The notes beneath the pieces are model-generated. The model searched no databases. It was not told the DNA's origin and saw only the letters and a program-made list of their open reading frames with translations. 64,000 nucleotides of DNA, from assembly GCF_053078305.1 (NCBI RefSeq), contig NZ_CP166879.1. One strand, 5' to 3'. Every line of letters begins with the position of its first letter. Within the stretch, counting starts at the first letter, position 1. This document shows, one piece after another, positions 44,143-53,792 of this stretch. A program made the position numbers and the translations under genes.

Positions 44143-45348
44143 TTAAGGTTTTAAATTCATTAAGTAATCAATATCAACTGGATGATTATAATCCACTGAC
44201 TCAAATCCAAAACCATTTAATTGTAAAAATTCTTTTTTGTATCCGATATAATCACCTACAGAAGTAAAGTTTTCATCATTCATTTTTGACATCAAATCAA
44301 TTACTTTTTGTTGCACATCCTCTCTTAATTCAAGATCGTCTATGCGAATTAGTCTTGATGAATCAACAACAACATTATCGACATTGTATAAATATTCAGT
44401 AAAAAGACGATGCATTTGTCCAATACATGTTTCATGCAATCCCATAGACTTCATTACCTTATATAAGCAGAGTATATAAGGAGAGAAACAGGGAATATAC
44501 ACACTAGCCTTCGTAACTAAAGCTTTACAAACTACTACATAAGCGCCACTATGTTTATCTGTGGAAATTAATTTATTTAGACGATCAGATGTTTCGTGTA
44601 AATGTTGTTTGGCTTTTCCTAATGTCCCTGTATGATAAATCGGATAAGTCATTTCTGGACCGATATATGAAAAAGCAATTGTTTTGGTCTTCTTAGTAAG
44701 AACATTATTTTCCTTTAACCAAAGTATCCATGACTCCCAGTCATCCCCCCCCATAACTTTTATAGTATCTGCAATTTCAGCCTCTGAAGCAACATCAATA
44801 ATTGTTGATTCAAGTTTATTATCTTCGATATTAACCGTTTTCCCTGTAAAAGCACTGCCAGTCGTTTTTAAACAGGAACGCCAAATGTTACCTGTTGCTG
44901 GATCTGACCTTTGCCCTGTGGCCAGACTATATATAATAAGATCGACCTCGCCATCAAAATCCTTATTTATTAAGTTAAGAACTTTATTTTTTACATCATC
45001 AGAGAAAGCATCGCCAATAACATTATGAGCAATTCTGCCTTCAGCTTCAGCAAATTCCTTAAAGAATATATTATTATACCATCCTGCAGTTCCTATAGAT
45101 TTCTCAGAGGGACCTTTTTCAAACGAAACTCCGATAGAATCGCACTTTGCGCCGCCAAAAGTGAGAGAAATTCTTGCAGCAAGACCAAATCCTGAAGATG
45201 CACCGAGAATCAGAACTCGTTTCGGGCCATTATTAATTTGCTGAAGATGGGACTGGCAATACTTAATCTGTTCCATTATCGCATGACGACATCCCTCTGG
45301 ATGAGCACTTTTCGAGACAACACCTTTAATTACAGGTTTTATAATCAT
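44143..45348 (-). CDS. trans-2-enoyl-CoA reductase (TER/FabV family, 401 aa)
   Basis: N-terminus MIIKPVIKGVVSKSAHPEGC is the hallmark FabV/TER start. GASSGFG nucleotide-binding motif. Confidence 0.8.
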   Translation of the reverse strand: MIIKPVIKGVVSKSAHPEGCRHAIMEQIKYCQSHLQQINNGPKRVLILGASSGFGLAARISLTFGGAKCDSIGVSFEKGPSEKSIGTAGWYNNIFFKEFAEAEGRIAHNVIGDAFSDDVKNKVLNLINKDFDGEVDLIIYSLATGQRSDPATGNIWRSCLKTTGSAFTGKTVNIEDNKLESTIIDVASEAEIADTIKVMGGDDWESWILWLKENNVLTKKTKTIAFSYIGPEMTYPIYHTGTLGKAKQHLHETSDRLNKLISTDKHSGAYVVVCKALVTKASVYIPCFSPYILCLYKVMKSMGLHETCIGQMHRLFTEYLYNVDNVVVDSSRLIRIDDLELREDVQQKVIDLMSKMNDENFTSVGDYIGYKKEFLQLNGFGFESVDYNHPVDIDYLMNLKP

Positions 45349-45373
45349 ATAAGGTCCTTGATAGTTAAATAAA

Positions 45374-45790
45374 TTAAGATTTTGGAGCCATGACTACTGC
45401 AATGCCTTCGATTACAACCTCATCATTTTGATTTGTTGTGATTGTTGAAAGCTTTACAATATTTTTTTCTTTATTAATATCAACTACCTCGCAAGTTGCT
45501 TTAACAGTGTCACCAATAAAAACAGGTTTGCGAAAATTGTTTTCCTGACGAAGATATATTGTGCCTTCACCTGGGAGTTTCATACCTAATACTGCTGATG
45601 TTAGAGATGATACAAGAACACCATGAGCTACTCGTTTCTTGAAAATACTCTTCTTTGCAGCTTCCTCATTAATATGAACAGAATTAATATCGCCAGAAAT
45701 ACCAGAAAAAATTAAAACATCTGCCTCTGTTATTGTTTTTTCAAAGCTCGCCTTCTGACCTAAGTGTAGTTTATCAATAGTGTATACCAT
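45374..45790 (-). CDS. MaoC/PhaJ-type (R)-specific enoyl-CoA hydratase (138 aa)
   Basis: Hot-dog fold hydratase-2 motif SGISGDINSVHIN. Confidence 0.8.
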   Translation of the reverse strand: MVYTIDKLHLGQKASFEKTITEADVLIFSGISGDINSVHINEEAAKKSIFKKRVAHGVLVSSLTSAVLGMKLPGEGTIYLRQENNFRKPVFIGDTVKATCEVVDINKEKNIVKLSTITTNQNDEVVIEGIAVVMAPKS

Positions 45791-45792
45791 GA

Positions 45793-47358
45793 TTAATCCT
45801 TTAGTTCTAATCCCATCGGTTGTTCCAAAAAAATACGCTCATCCATAATTTTCAAAGACGGAGAAATTTCTGGAACAAACTCCATGCATTCAATAATATT
45901 TTTTTGCAAATCGACTCCGGGCGCTATTTCAATCAACTCAATGGATTTTTGAGAAAGTCTAAAAACAGCACGCTCTGTAATATAAAACACTTCTTTATTA
46001 TTTTTCCTTGCAGTATCTGACGAGAAAGTGATTTGTTGAACCTTCTTAATGAATTTTTTTACACTCCCATCCTCTTTTATATGCAATTTCCCATTGCTGA
46101 CATAAATCTTATTTTTTCCAGCAGTGAAAGAACCGCAGAAATATACTTTTTTAGCATTTTGAGTTATGTTAATAAATCCTCCGCACCCTGCAATTTTTGT
46201 TCCAAATTTAGAAACATTTAAATCTCCTTTTTCATCTGTTTCAGCTAATCCAAGAAACGCTTGATCAAGCCCACCACCGTCATAGAAATCAAACATCTGA
46301 TCCTGAGTAATTATCGCCTGAGGGAACGAAGAAGCTCCAAATGACAGACCTCCAGCAGGCGTTCCTCCAATTGCACCTGGTTCAACAGTTGCGATAAGTT
46401 CGGAGGTAATCCCCTCTTCATCTGTTACTTCAGCTATAACTTCAGGTGCCCCTATGCCATAATTTACAACTGCATTTTTTTTCAGTTCCATTGCGGCTCG
46501 TCGAGCTATAATTTTTTTTATATCAAGAGGGCGTGTTTCTTTGTCTTTTACCTCTTTTACACCTTTCCCGACATAGCTGAAGTTCATATACTCCGCAAAA
46601 GTTTGCATATGATATTCATCTTCAGAAACAACAACAGCATCAACATAAATACCTGGAATTCTGACTTGTAAAGGATCTAATGTACCGTCACGTACTATTT
46701 GTTTTACCTGAACAATAACTTTCCCTCCATTATTATGGACTAACTGGGCTGCAGCTAGGTTTTCAAGAATCAAACATTCATCCTCCATTGTTATATTCCC
46801 ACTCTGATCAGATGTAGTACCTCTGAGGATTGCTATGTTAGCATCAATCTTCTTATAAAATAGGTTTTCCACACCATTAATTTCTGTGACGGACACAATA
46901 TCCTCTTGTGTTTTATCATTAATTTTCCCGCCCTCTACGCGGGGATCAACAAATGTACCTAAACCAACATGAGTTAATGTCCCTAACTTCCCAGCAGCAC
47001 AATCTCGGAATAAATGGCAAATAACCCCTTGAGGAAGATTATAACCCGTAATTTTTCCCTCATTAGCTAACTTCTGCAATTTAGGTATTAGTCCCCAATG
47101 CCCGCCAATGGCACTAGTGACAAGCCCCTCATGAGATAAATGATTGACAGCTTTTGTTCCTGCATCCCCTTGACCAGCAGCAAAAATAATCTTGAGATTT
47201 CTTGGTTTTCCCGTTTTCAAAAAACGATCTTCTATGCCTTTTTCTATACACTCAGGAACAACTGCACCAATAAATCCGCCAAGAATAACACAATCATTAT
47301 CATGAATCATATTTACGGCATCTTCTAGTGTACATTGTTTTCTTGAATAAATAGACAT
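45793..47358 (-). CDS. Fused family-I acyl-CoA:acetate CoA-transferase, YdiF-like (521 aa)
   Basis: Long stretches resemble remembered E. coli YdiF (...YNLPQG...GLGTFVDPR..GGK.N..., ...ITERAVF.L....L.LIEIAPGVDLQK.I...M.F.P.IS..LK.MDERIF). Confidence 0.8.
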   Translation of the reverse strand: MSIYSRKQCTLEDAVNMIHDNDCVILGGFIGAVVPECIEKGIEDRFLKTGKPRNLKIIFAAGQGDAGTKAVNHLSHEGLVTSAIGGHWGLIPKLQKLANEGKITGYNLPQGVICHLFRDCAAGKLGTLTHVGLGTFVDPRVEGGKINDKTQEDIVSVTEINGVENLFYKKIDANIAILRGTTSDQSGNITMEDECLILENLAAAQLVHNNGGKVIVQVKQIVRDGTLDPLQVRIPGIYVDAVVVSEDEYHMQTFAEYMNFSYVGKGVKEVKDKETRPLDIKKIIARRAAMELKKNAVVNYGIGAPEVIAEVTDEEGITSELIATVEPGAIGGTPAGGLSFGASSFPQAIITQDQMFDFYDGGGLDQAFLGLAETDEKGDLNVSKFGTKIAGCGGFINITQNAKKVYFCGSFTAGKNKIYVSNGKLHIKEDGSVKKFIKKVQQITFSSDTARKNNKEVFYITERAVFRLSQKSIELIEIAPGVDLQKNIIECMEFVPEISPSLKIMDERIFLEQPMGLELKD

Positions 47359-47370
47359 ATTAAACCTCTT

Positions 47371-48708
47371 TTAAATTAAAAATAAGAATGCATATACCAA
47401 CATGGAGAGAACCGCAAATGCGGGAAACACACAAGTAACAATAAAAAGCTCTTTATAACTTTGCTTATGAGATAAGCCACAAACTCCTAGCAATGTGATA
47501 ATAAAGCCAGAATGAGGAAGCGTATCCAGCGTTGATGCACTAAAAACAATAATACGATGCATTAAACCTGGCGAAATATTCTGAGCTTGAGATAGTTCTA
47601 ATAAGTCTTGACCAAACGTTACCATAACTAATCCCACCCCTCCTGATGTTGAGCCCACTATTCCCGAAAGAATTGCTGTACCTATAATTGCAGGAAATAA
47701 TGCTACTCCAGGAATAGAAAAAATTGTTGTTTGAATAAGGGTAAACACAGGAAGGACTTTAATTACCCCACCATAACCAACTTGGGTAGATGTATTAAAT
47801 ATTGGTAAAAGAGACTCTGTAGCACCTAATGTAAGTGTTTTCTTTATATCACTTTTAAAAGTATTCCAGTAAATACAAATAGTGACGACAATAGCAATTG
47901 CTATGGAAATTAAAATTGCCCATGTTCCCTGAACACCTCCAAAATCTCTGTAATAATCAACCACTTCGTCAATCTGGAAAAAATATGTTAAAAATGCATT
48001 TCCTATAATAACTATCAGTATAGGTATAAATGCCAAAGTAACTTTTCCAGTCTCAAGATTACAGTCATTACTTACTTCTGTACCATATCCTTCTCCTTTT
48101 ATCTTAGCATTTTTAATTTTTGCAGACATATACCATACAGCGAACAATAACCATACAGCAGTGCCAACGATACCAATTACTAAACCTGAATATATGGTTG
48201 TATTGAACACAGGAATTGGTATTGCATTTATAAACTGGGCAGAACCAGGAGCCACATATGCTGGTAAGCAACCAGCACAGATAGCACTGGGTAATAATCT
48301 TTGAGGGTAATTACTTTTTATAAATATAGTTCTCGCAATAGGTAAAACTGCAAAAACCACAACAAAAACTGATATTCCTCCATAAGTTAATAAAAATGAT
48401 GCAATAATAACTGCAATAATAGCCCTCTTCTCACCCATTTTATCTGATATAAAATGGGCAATAGTTAATGCTGCACCACTTGCATTCATTAATGTTCCAA
48501 AAACAGCACCAACAAGAAATATAGGGAAGTATGCGGATATAAAACTCACAACCGAGTCCATAAATGGACCGGTCCATGAATAAAAAACAGGAATATCACT
48601 TCCCATAAAGACAGCCAGCATTGCCATCAAAGGGGATACTATCAGAACTGGAAAACCACGATATATGAGATATATTAGTAAAATAAGTGAAATTATCAAG
48701 CCTATCAT
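47371..48708 (-). CDS. GntP-family organic-acid:H+ symporter (445 aa)
   Basis: Polytopic membrane protein with a GntP-like N-terminus. Start set at ATG 48708; the ORF-track start at 48759 is a TTG. Confidence 0.65.
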   Translation of the reverse strand: MIGLIISLILLIYLIYRGFPVLIVSPLMAMLAVFMGSDIPVFYSWTGPFMDSVVSFISAYFPIFLVGAVFGTLMNASGAALTIAHFISDKMGEKRAIIAVIIASFLLTYGGISVFVVVFAVLPIARTIFIKSNYPQRLLPSAICAGCLPAYVAPGSAQFINAIPIPVFNTTIYSGLVIGIVGTAVWLLFAVWYMSAKIKNAKIKGEGYGTEVSNDCNLETGKVTLAFIPILIVIIGNAFLTYFFQIDEVVDYYRDFGGVQGTWAILISIAIAIVVTICIYWNTFKSDIKKTLTLGATESLLPIFNTSTQVGYGGVIKVLPVFTLIQTTIFSIPGVALFPAIIGTAILSGIVGSTSGGVGLVMVTFGQDLLELSQAQNISPGLMHRIIVFSASTLDTLPHSGFIITLLGVCGLSHKQSYKELFIVTCVFPAFAVLSMLVYAFLFLI

Positions 48709-48777
48709 ATTATAACTCTCAATATTAATATTATTATTTAAGTATCTCCTGACAAGCAAGAGATACTTATTTCAAAG

Positions 48778-49986
48778 TTAACTGCACAATTCGATAATAA
48801 CAGCTGTCCCCATTCCTCCACCAATACAAAGGGAGGCGAGACCTCTTTTTTTATTATTTTTTATCATTTGATATAATAAAGAAACAACAATTCTTGAGCC
48901 AGATGCTCCCAAAGGATGGCCTAGAGCTATCGCCCCTCCATTAACATTTGTTCTTTGATTTAGCCAATCAATACTAACTGAGTGATTTTCAGAAATACTT
49001 TTTAAGACCCCTATTGCCTGAGCCGCAAACGCCTCGTTAATTTCAAAAAGATCAATATCTTTAATATCCAGTTTTGCTTTTTTTAATGCATTATCTATTG
49101 CTGGAACAGGCCCCAGCCCCATCACTGATGCATCAACGCCTCCTTGTCCAAATGAGCGAATTTCAGCCAAAGGTTGTAATTCCAATGTCTGAATTGCTTT
49201 CTCTGAAGTAAGAATAAGAGCTGCTGCACCATCGTTTATTCCAGATGAATTTCCTGCAGTCACGGTACCATTTTTTTCAAATGCTGGACGTAACACAGAA
49301 AGTTTCTCTAATGAGGAGTCTCTACGAGGATACTCATCTGTAGTAACTTCAATATTTCCTTTTCGGGTATGTACTTGTACCGGAGTAATTTCATCCTCAA
49401 ATTCTCCATTGTCAATGGCCTTTAAGGCTCTCTTCTGACTTTCAAGCGCAAATGTATCCTGTTCATATCTTGTAATATTGAACTGTCGGGCTATATTTTC
49501 TGCTGTAATCCCCATATGATAGTGATTAAAAGCATCAGTAAGACCATCTGTAATAAGAGAGTCACTCATTACCTGATTACCCATTCGTACACCACTTCTT
49601 GCATGATGATCAATCAAGTAAGGTGCCTGACTCATATTCTCTATGCCTGCCGTAACAACAACATCCATATCTCCACTACGAATTTTCATTGCAGCATCGA
49701 TAATAGTTTTCATACCACTACCACAAATCATATTCAAAGTCAGAGCCGGAGTTTTCCATGGTATACCGGCTTTAACAGCAGCTTGTCTACCTGGCCCCAT
49801 TCCTTGTCCAGCAGACAAAACATTCCCGACAATAACTTCATCAATACATTCAACGTTTATTCTGCTCTGTTTAATTGCTGCAGATATCGCAATTGCTCCA
49901 AGATCTGAAGCTGACACTGTTGATAACGAACCGCCAAAACATCCTATAGGCGTTCTTTTTGCCCCTGTAATATATACTTTTTCCAT
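48778..49986 (-). CDS. Acetyl-CoA C-acetyltransferase (thiolase II, 402 aa)
   Basis: Contains ...NMICGSGMK... (active-site Cys), ...NVNGGAIALGHPLGASG... and ...CIGGGMG... GGAGGAGG SD. Confidence 0.9.
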   Translation of the reverse strand: MEKVYITGAKRTPIGCFGGSLSTVSASDLGAIAISAAIKQSRINVECIDEVIVGNVLSAGQGMGPGRQAAVKAGIPWKTPALTLNMICGSGMKTIIDAAMKIRSGDMDVVVTAGIENMSQAPYLIDHHARSGVRMGNQVMSDSLITDGLTDAFNHYHMGITAENIARQFNITRYEQDTFALESQKRALKAIDNGEFEDEITPVQVHTRKGNIEVTTDEYPRRDSSLEKLSVLRPAFEKNGTVTAGNSSGINDGAAALILTSEKAIQTLELQPLAEIRSFGQGGVDASVMGLGPVPAIDNALKKAKLDIKDIDLFEINEAFAAQAIGVLKSISENHSVSIDWLNQRTNVNGGAIALGHPLGASGSRIVVSLLYQMIKNNKKRGLASLCIGGGMGTAVIIELCS

Positions 49987-49995
49987 TCCTCCTCC

Positions 49996-50715
49996 TTAAA
50001 TAACTAATCCACCATCAATTTTTAATGTTTGACCAGTAATAAAAGATGATTTCTCACTAGCTAAAAAAAGAACACCATTCGAAATATCCTCAGGTGTTGC
50101 CATTCGCCCTAAAGGGGTTTTAGCTATCATATGGTTAATGACTTTCTCTGGCAGATTTTCTGTCATCGGGGTAATAACGAATCCTGGAGCTACACAATTC
50201 ACGCGTACTTTAGCACCTTTTCGGGAAAATTCTTTAGCCCAACCTTTAGACATTGCAATAACACCACCTTTAGTTGCGGCATAATTACTCTGACCTATAT
50301 TACCATCAGTTCCTACAACAGAAGACATTGTTATGATTGCCCCATGATTTTGTTCCATCATAATAGGTGCAACTGCCTGAGTTATATTAAAAACACCTTT
50401 AAGGTTTATATCAATTACAATATCCCAGTCTTGCTCTGTCATATTATTGATCAGATTATCTCTTGTAACTCCTGCGTTATTAACTAAAACATCTATTCTA
50501 CCTTCATCAGAATATATCTTACTAATTACTGTATTAATCGAATCCCGATCGCAAACATCAAGAATTACCGGAGTGACATTCTCTGGATAGGATTTATCAG
50601 TATGTTTTATATCACATGCATATACTCTTTTTACCTCTGATTTAGAAAAATCCTCCACAATTTTTCTTCCTATACCTTGTGCTGCTCCAGTAACTATACA
50701 TACTTTATTACGCAT
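49996..50715 (-). CDS. 3-oxoacyl-CoA/ACP reductase (SDR, FabG/PhaB-like, 239 aa)
   Basis: TGAAQGIG, NNAG and YAATK motifs. Start set at ATG 50715 after GAGGG. Confidence 0.85.
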   Translation of the reverse strand: MRNKVCIVTGAAQGIGRKIVEDFSKSEVKRVYACDIKHTDKSYPENVTPVILDVCDRDSINTVISKIYSDEGRIDVLVNNAGVTRDNLINNMTEQDWDIVIDINLKGVFNITQAVAPIMMEQNHGAIITMSSVVGTDGNIGQSNYAATKGGVIAMSKGWAKEFSRKGAKVRVNCVAPGFVITPMTENLPEKVINHMIAKTPLGRMATPEDISNGVLFLASEKSSFITGQTLKIDGGLVI

Positions 50716-51088
50716 TTTTATTCCCTCATTTTTGAATATAGAACAGGATGCCTTTCGTTTTGCAACAAAACATCTTTTAACCATTCTCGTTCATAAAGTA
50801 AAACCTTAAAAATACAGAATCACAAAAAAAAAACACTTATAACACTCACGCAACAATCAAAAAATACATTATTTCCCAATGAGTTATCTGTTAATGAAAA
50901 AACAACCACTATATAAAGTGCAATAATCATCACAAACACCTCTTCAAAAATGAAAAACTGTACTTTATAAATAAAACACAAACCACATTACTTCACATTT
51001 ATCAGAAAAATTAAAAACAAAACTTGTTTGATAAATTTAATATGATATTTTCATATTGCATTGAAGTTTTGTTTGCTTGGGTTGATTC

Positions 51089-52003
51089 ATGATACTTGAT
51101 AAACTTTTATTCTTTACTGAAATCATAAATTCCGGTTCTATATCCGGCGCATCTAATTGCTTTAACATAAGCACTGCAACAGGTAGTCGTTGGGTAAAAG
51201 ATCTTGAAGATAAACTAAATGTTAAATTACTAAGAATCTCCAACAGAGGTATTGAACCTACAGAAGCAGGTATGGTTTTATTCAAAGAGTTTTCTTCTAT
51301 TAATGAAGACATAAATCAATTATATAAAAAGATAAATACCATAAACAATTCCAACAGTGGGGTTATTTCGATATCATCGACCCCATTATTTACAATGAAT
51401 TTTCTATCTACTATTATTGGTGAATATCTTTATAAATATCCTGACATACGTTTTCGCGTAGAGGAGTCACCAATTATTAATGAAAACAATAAAAATATTG
51501 ATTTTTATATAAAAGCATCGTCCACATATAAAGGACATATAGAAAATAATAGCGACTTAGTAAAAAAAGTGTTGTTCAGCTATCCATTGATACTATGCTG
51601 TTCTCCTGACTATATAAATAAATATGGAATACCCTCCAATCCATTCAGTTTAAAGCATCATAACTGTTTATACGCATCTTCTCTTGTTGGAGGGAATTGT
51701 TGGCATTTCTATATTCGTGATGAAATAACAACATTGGAAATAGCTAAAACAGTAAACATTGAAAATAGTGAGTTTTTAAAAGCAGTTGCACTAATGGGTG
51801 GGGGGATAGCATACTTACCATATCCTCTTGTTCAATCAGAAATACTGTCAGGAAAACTAGTATCAATAATGAATGATTATATTAAAACTCGTTTTGAAGT
51901 AAGTCTGTGGTTTAGGAAGCCCCTATCCTTGCGTTGTGTTACATTTAGGAATTTCCTAGTAGAAAGAGCCTCACAACTCAAGGATACTGTACAATTCAGA
52001 TAA
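51089..52003 (+). CDS. LysR-family transcriptional regulator (304 aa), divergent from the acyl-CoA cluster
   Basis: N-terminal wHTH (...SGSISGASNCFNISTATGSRWVKDLEDKLNVKLL) followed by a substrate-binding domain. Confidence 0.85.
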   Translation: MILDKLLFFTEIINSGSISGASNCFNISTATGSRWVKDLEDKLNVKLLRISNRGIEPTEAGMVLFKEFSSINEDINQLYKKINTINNSNSGVISISSTPLFTMNFLSTIIGEYLYKYPDIRFRVEESPIINENNKNIDFYIKASSTYKGHIENNSDLVKKVLFSYPLILCCSPDYINKYGIPSNPFSLKHHNCLYASSLVGGNCWHFYIRDEITTLEIAKTVNIENSEFLKAVALMGGGIAYLPYPLVQSEILSGKLVSIMNDYIKTRFEVSLWFRKPLSLRCVTFRNFLVERASQLKDTVQFR

Positions 52004-52176
52004 ATCACTTAACTTGATGCATCAATCACCCAGCGACCAGTTATGCTCATCATAATCATTATTCAGGTGTGAGCATAATGAGCATAACCCAGCGATCCAG
52101 ACAGGTTCCCTGAATCTCCAGACAACCAATATCAATTAAATAAGTGATAGTCTAAAAACTAGTCATTAGAGAACAG

Positions 52177-52442
52177 ATGATTGATGTCTTAGGGCCGGAG
52201 AAACGCGGACGGCGTACCACACAGGAAAAGATCGCTATTGTTCAGCAGAACTTTGAACCGGGAATAACTGTCTCCCTCGTTGCACGGCAACACGGTGTGA
52301 CAGCCAGTTATTTCTCTGGCGTAAGCAATACCAGGAAGGAAATCTCACTGCTGTGGCTGCTGGAGAACAGGTTGTTCTGGCCTCTGAGCTTGCTGCCGCC
52401 ATGAAGCACATTAAAGAACTCCAGCGCCTGCCCGGCAAGAAA
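52177..52442 (+). pseudogene. IS2 orfA (InsC), frameshifted and interrupted at 52442/52443
   Basis: [29 protein letters not shown]... The remainder is readable in a second frame ([15 protein letters not shown]). Confidence 0.8.
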
Positions 52443-53792
52443 TCTATGGTCCCCACCATTTTTGCAACACTGATTTTGATTGATGTTGGCTTGCCTAAAT
52501 CTATCCGGCGTCATTATGGGCATGGATGCCCGCGCCTCGATGAGTTCCGCACCTGATGAGCCCAAAAAACCATCCGGCTTCAGTGAGCCATTTTCTTGCT
52601 GAGGCTTTTCATCAGGCCGATATGCCGTTCATGTCATCAATAATCAGTCTTCGCAAAACCAGATTGGGAACTACTTTAATTCATGATTAACCTGCCAGCC
52701 AGATTGGCGCCATCGTTACCTTTCGAACACAGTCTGCTGTGTTGTGATTGCCCACGCTATCCGGGCTAATTTGTTGGCCAGTGCGCAACATACTACGCTG
52801 GAGTGTTTTCTTGCCAACAACGCCCTGACCCAATCCGCCAACCTTCCTGACTGATTCTCGATTCTCTGAATAAAGGATCTTGCGCACTGAACGAGTAACC
52901 GTCGCAGATTTTTATCTCCACGTTTACTTATCCCTAAAAGTGTATTTTTACCACCTGTGCTGTACTGCCGGGGTACCAGACCGGTTGAAGCAGCAAAGTC
53001 CCGACTGCAGCTATATTGTTTACCGTCTCCCAGCTGCGATGACAGTACGCTGGCGGTTATCGGACCAATACCGGGTATTGTCTGAAGACGTTGTCCTACC
53101 TCATCACGACTCAGTTCCTGCTCCAGTGCGATTTCAAGCTCGGTGATCTGTCCGACAAGATAAATATAATGGGCATGTAAGCGCATCAGTAACTGCGCCA
53201 GATAGGGAGGAAGTTCGTTCTCTGCAAGTACTGTTGAAAGTCGTTTTACCACTGCGACTCCTGTCGGCATACTGATGCCAAATTCCAGCAAAAAAGCATG
53301 CATCTGATTGGTCGTTTTGACTTTATCACTGACCAATGATTCCCTGGCCCGGTGAAGCGCCCGCATGGCCTGCTGAGCTTCTGTTCGTGGTTGCACAAAT
53401 CGCATGGAGGGACGAGATGCCGCTTCGCATATGGCTTCTGCATCGACAAAATCGTTCTTGTTGCTCTTAACAAAAGGGCGAACGAACTGCGGAGAAATCA
53501 ATTTTGCTTCATGACCTAAATCAGCAATCCGGCGAGCCATAAAATGAGCTCCGGCGCAGGCTTCCATCACAACGGTAGACGAGGCACAGCCTGCCAGAAA
53601 CTCAATAAGTTTGGTACGGGTAAACTTTTTACGCAGCAATACCTTGCCTGACTTATCTTGGCAGTGAATGTGAAAGGAATGCTTGCCAAGATCTATACCA
53701 ATAAGCGTAATGTTTTGCATGATGGTCTTCTCCATGAAAGAAAAACACTCTACTAGGGTACAGCTCACAGGGTGGTGGGGACCATCTCATTA
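52443..53792 (-). mobile_element. IS110-family element of the IS1111 type (~1350 bp) inserted in IS2 orfA
   Basis: The IS2 sequence resumes exactly at 53793. Subterminal 12-bp inverted repeats ATGGTCCCCACC (52446-52457) and GGTGGGGACCAT (53774-53785). 77 nt of non-coding sequence lies 5' of the transposase and 270 nt lies 3' of it. Confidence 0.75.
52716..53720 (-). CDS. IS110-family DEDD transposase/recombinase (334 aa)
   Basis: MQNITLIGIDLGKHSFHIHCQD... (N-terminal RuvC-like DEDD domain) and a C-terminal ...GLVPRQYSTGGK...LGISKRGDKNLRRLL... Start set at ATG 53720. Confidence 0.85.
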   Translation of the reverse strand: MQNITLIGIDLGKHSFHIHCQDKSGKVLLRKKFTRTKLIEFLAGCASSTVVMEACAGAHFMARRIADLGHEAKLISPQFVRPFVKSNKNDFVDAEAICEAASRPSMRFVQPRTEAQQAMRALHRARESLVSDKVKTTNQMHAFLLEFGISMPTGVAVVKRLSTVLAENELPPYLAQLLMRLHAHYIYLVGQITELEIALEQELSRDEVGQRLQTIPGIGPITASVLSSQLGDGKQYSCSRDFAASTGLVPRQYSTGGKNTLLGISKRGDKNLRRLLVQCARSFIQRIENQSGRLADWVRALLARKHSSVVCCALANKLARIAWAITTQQTVFER

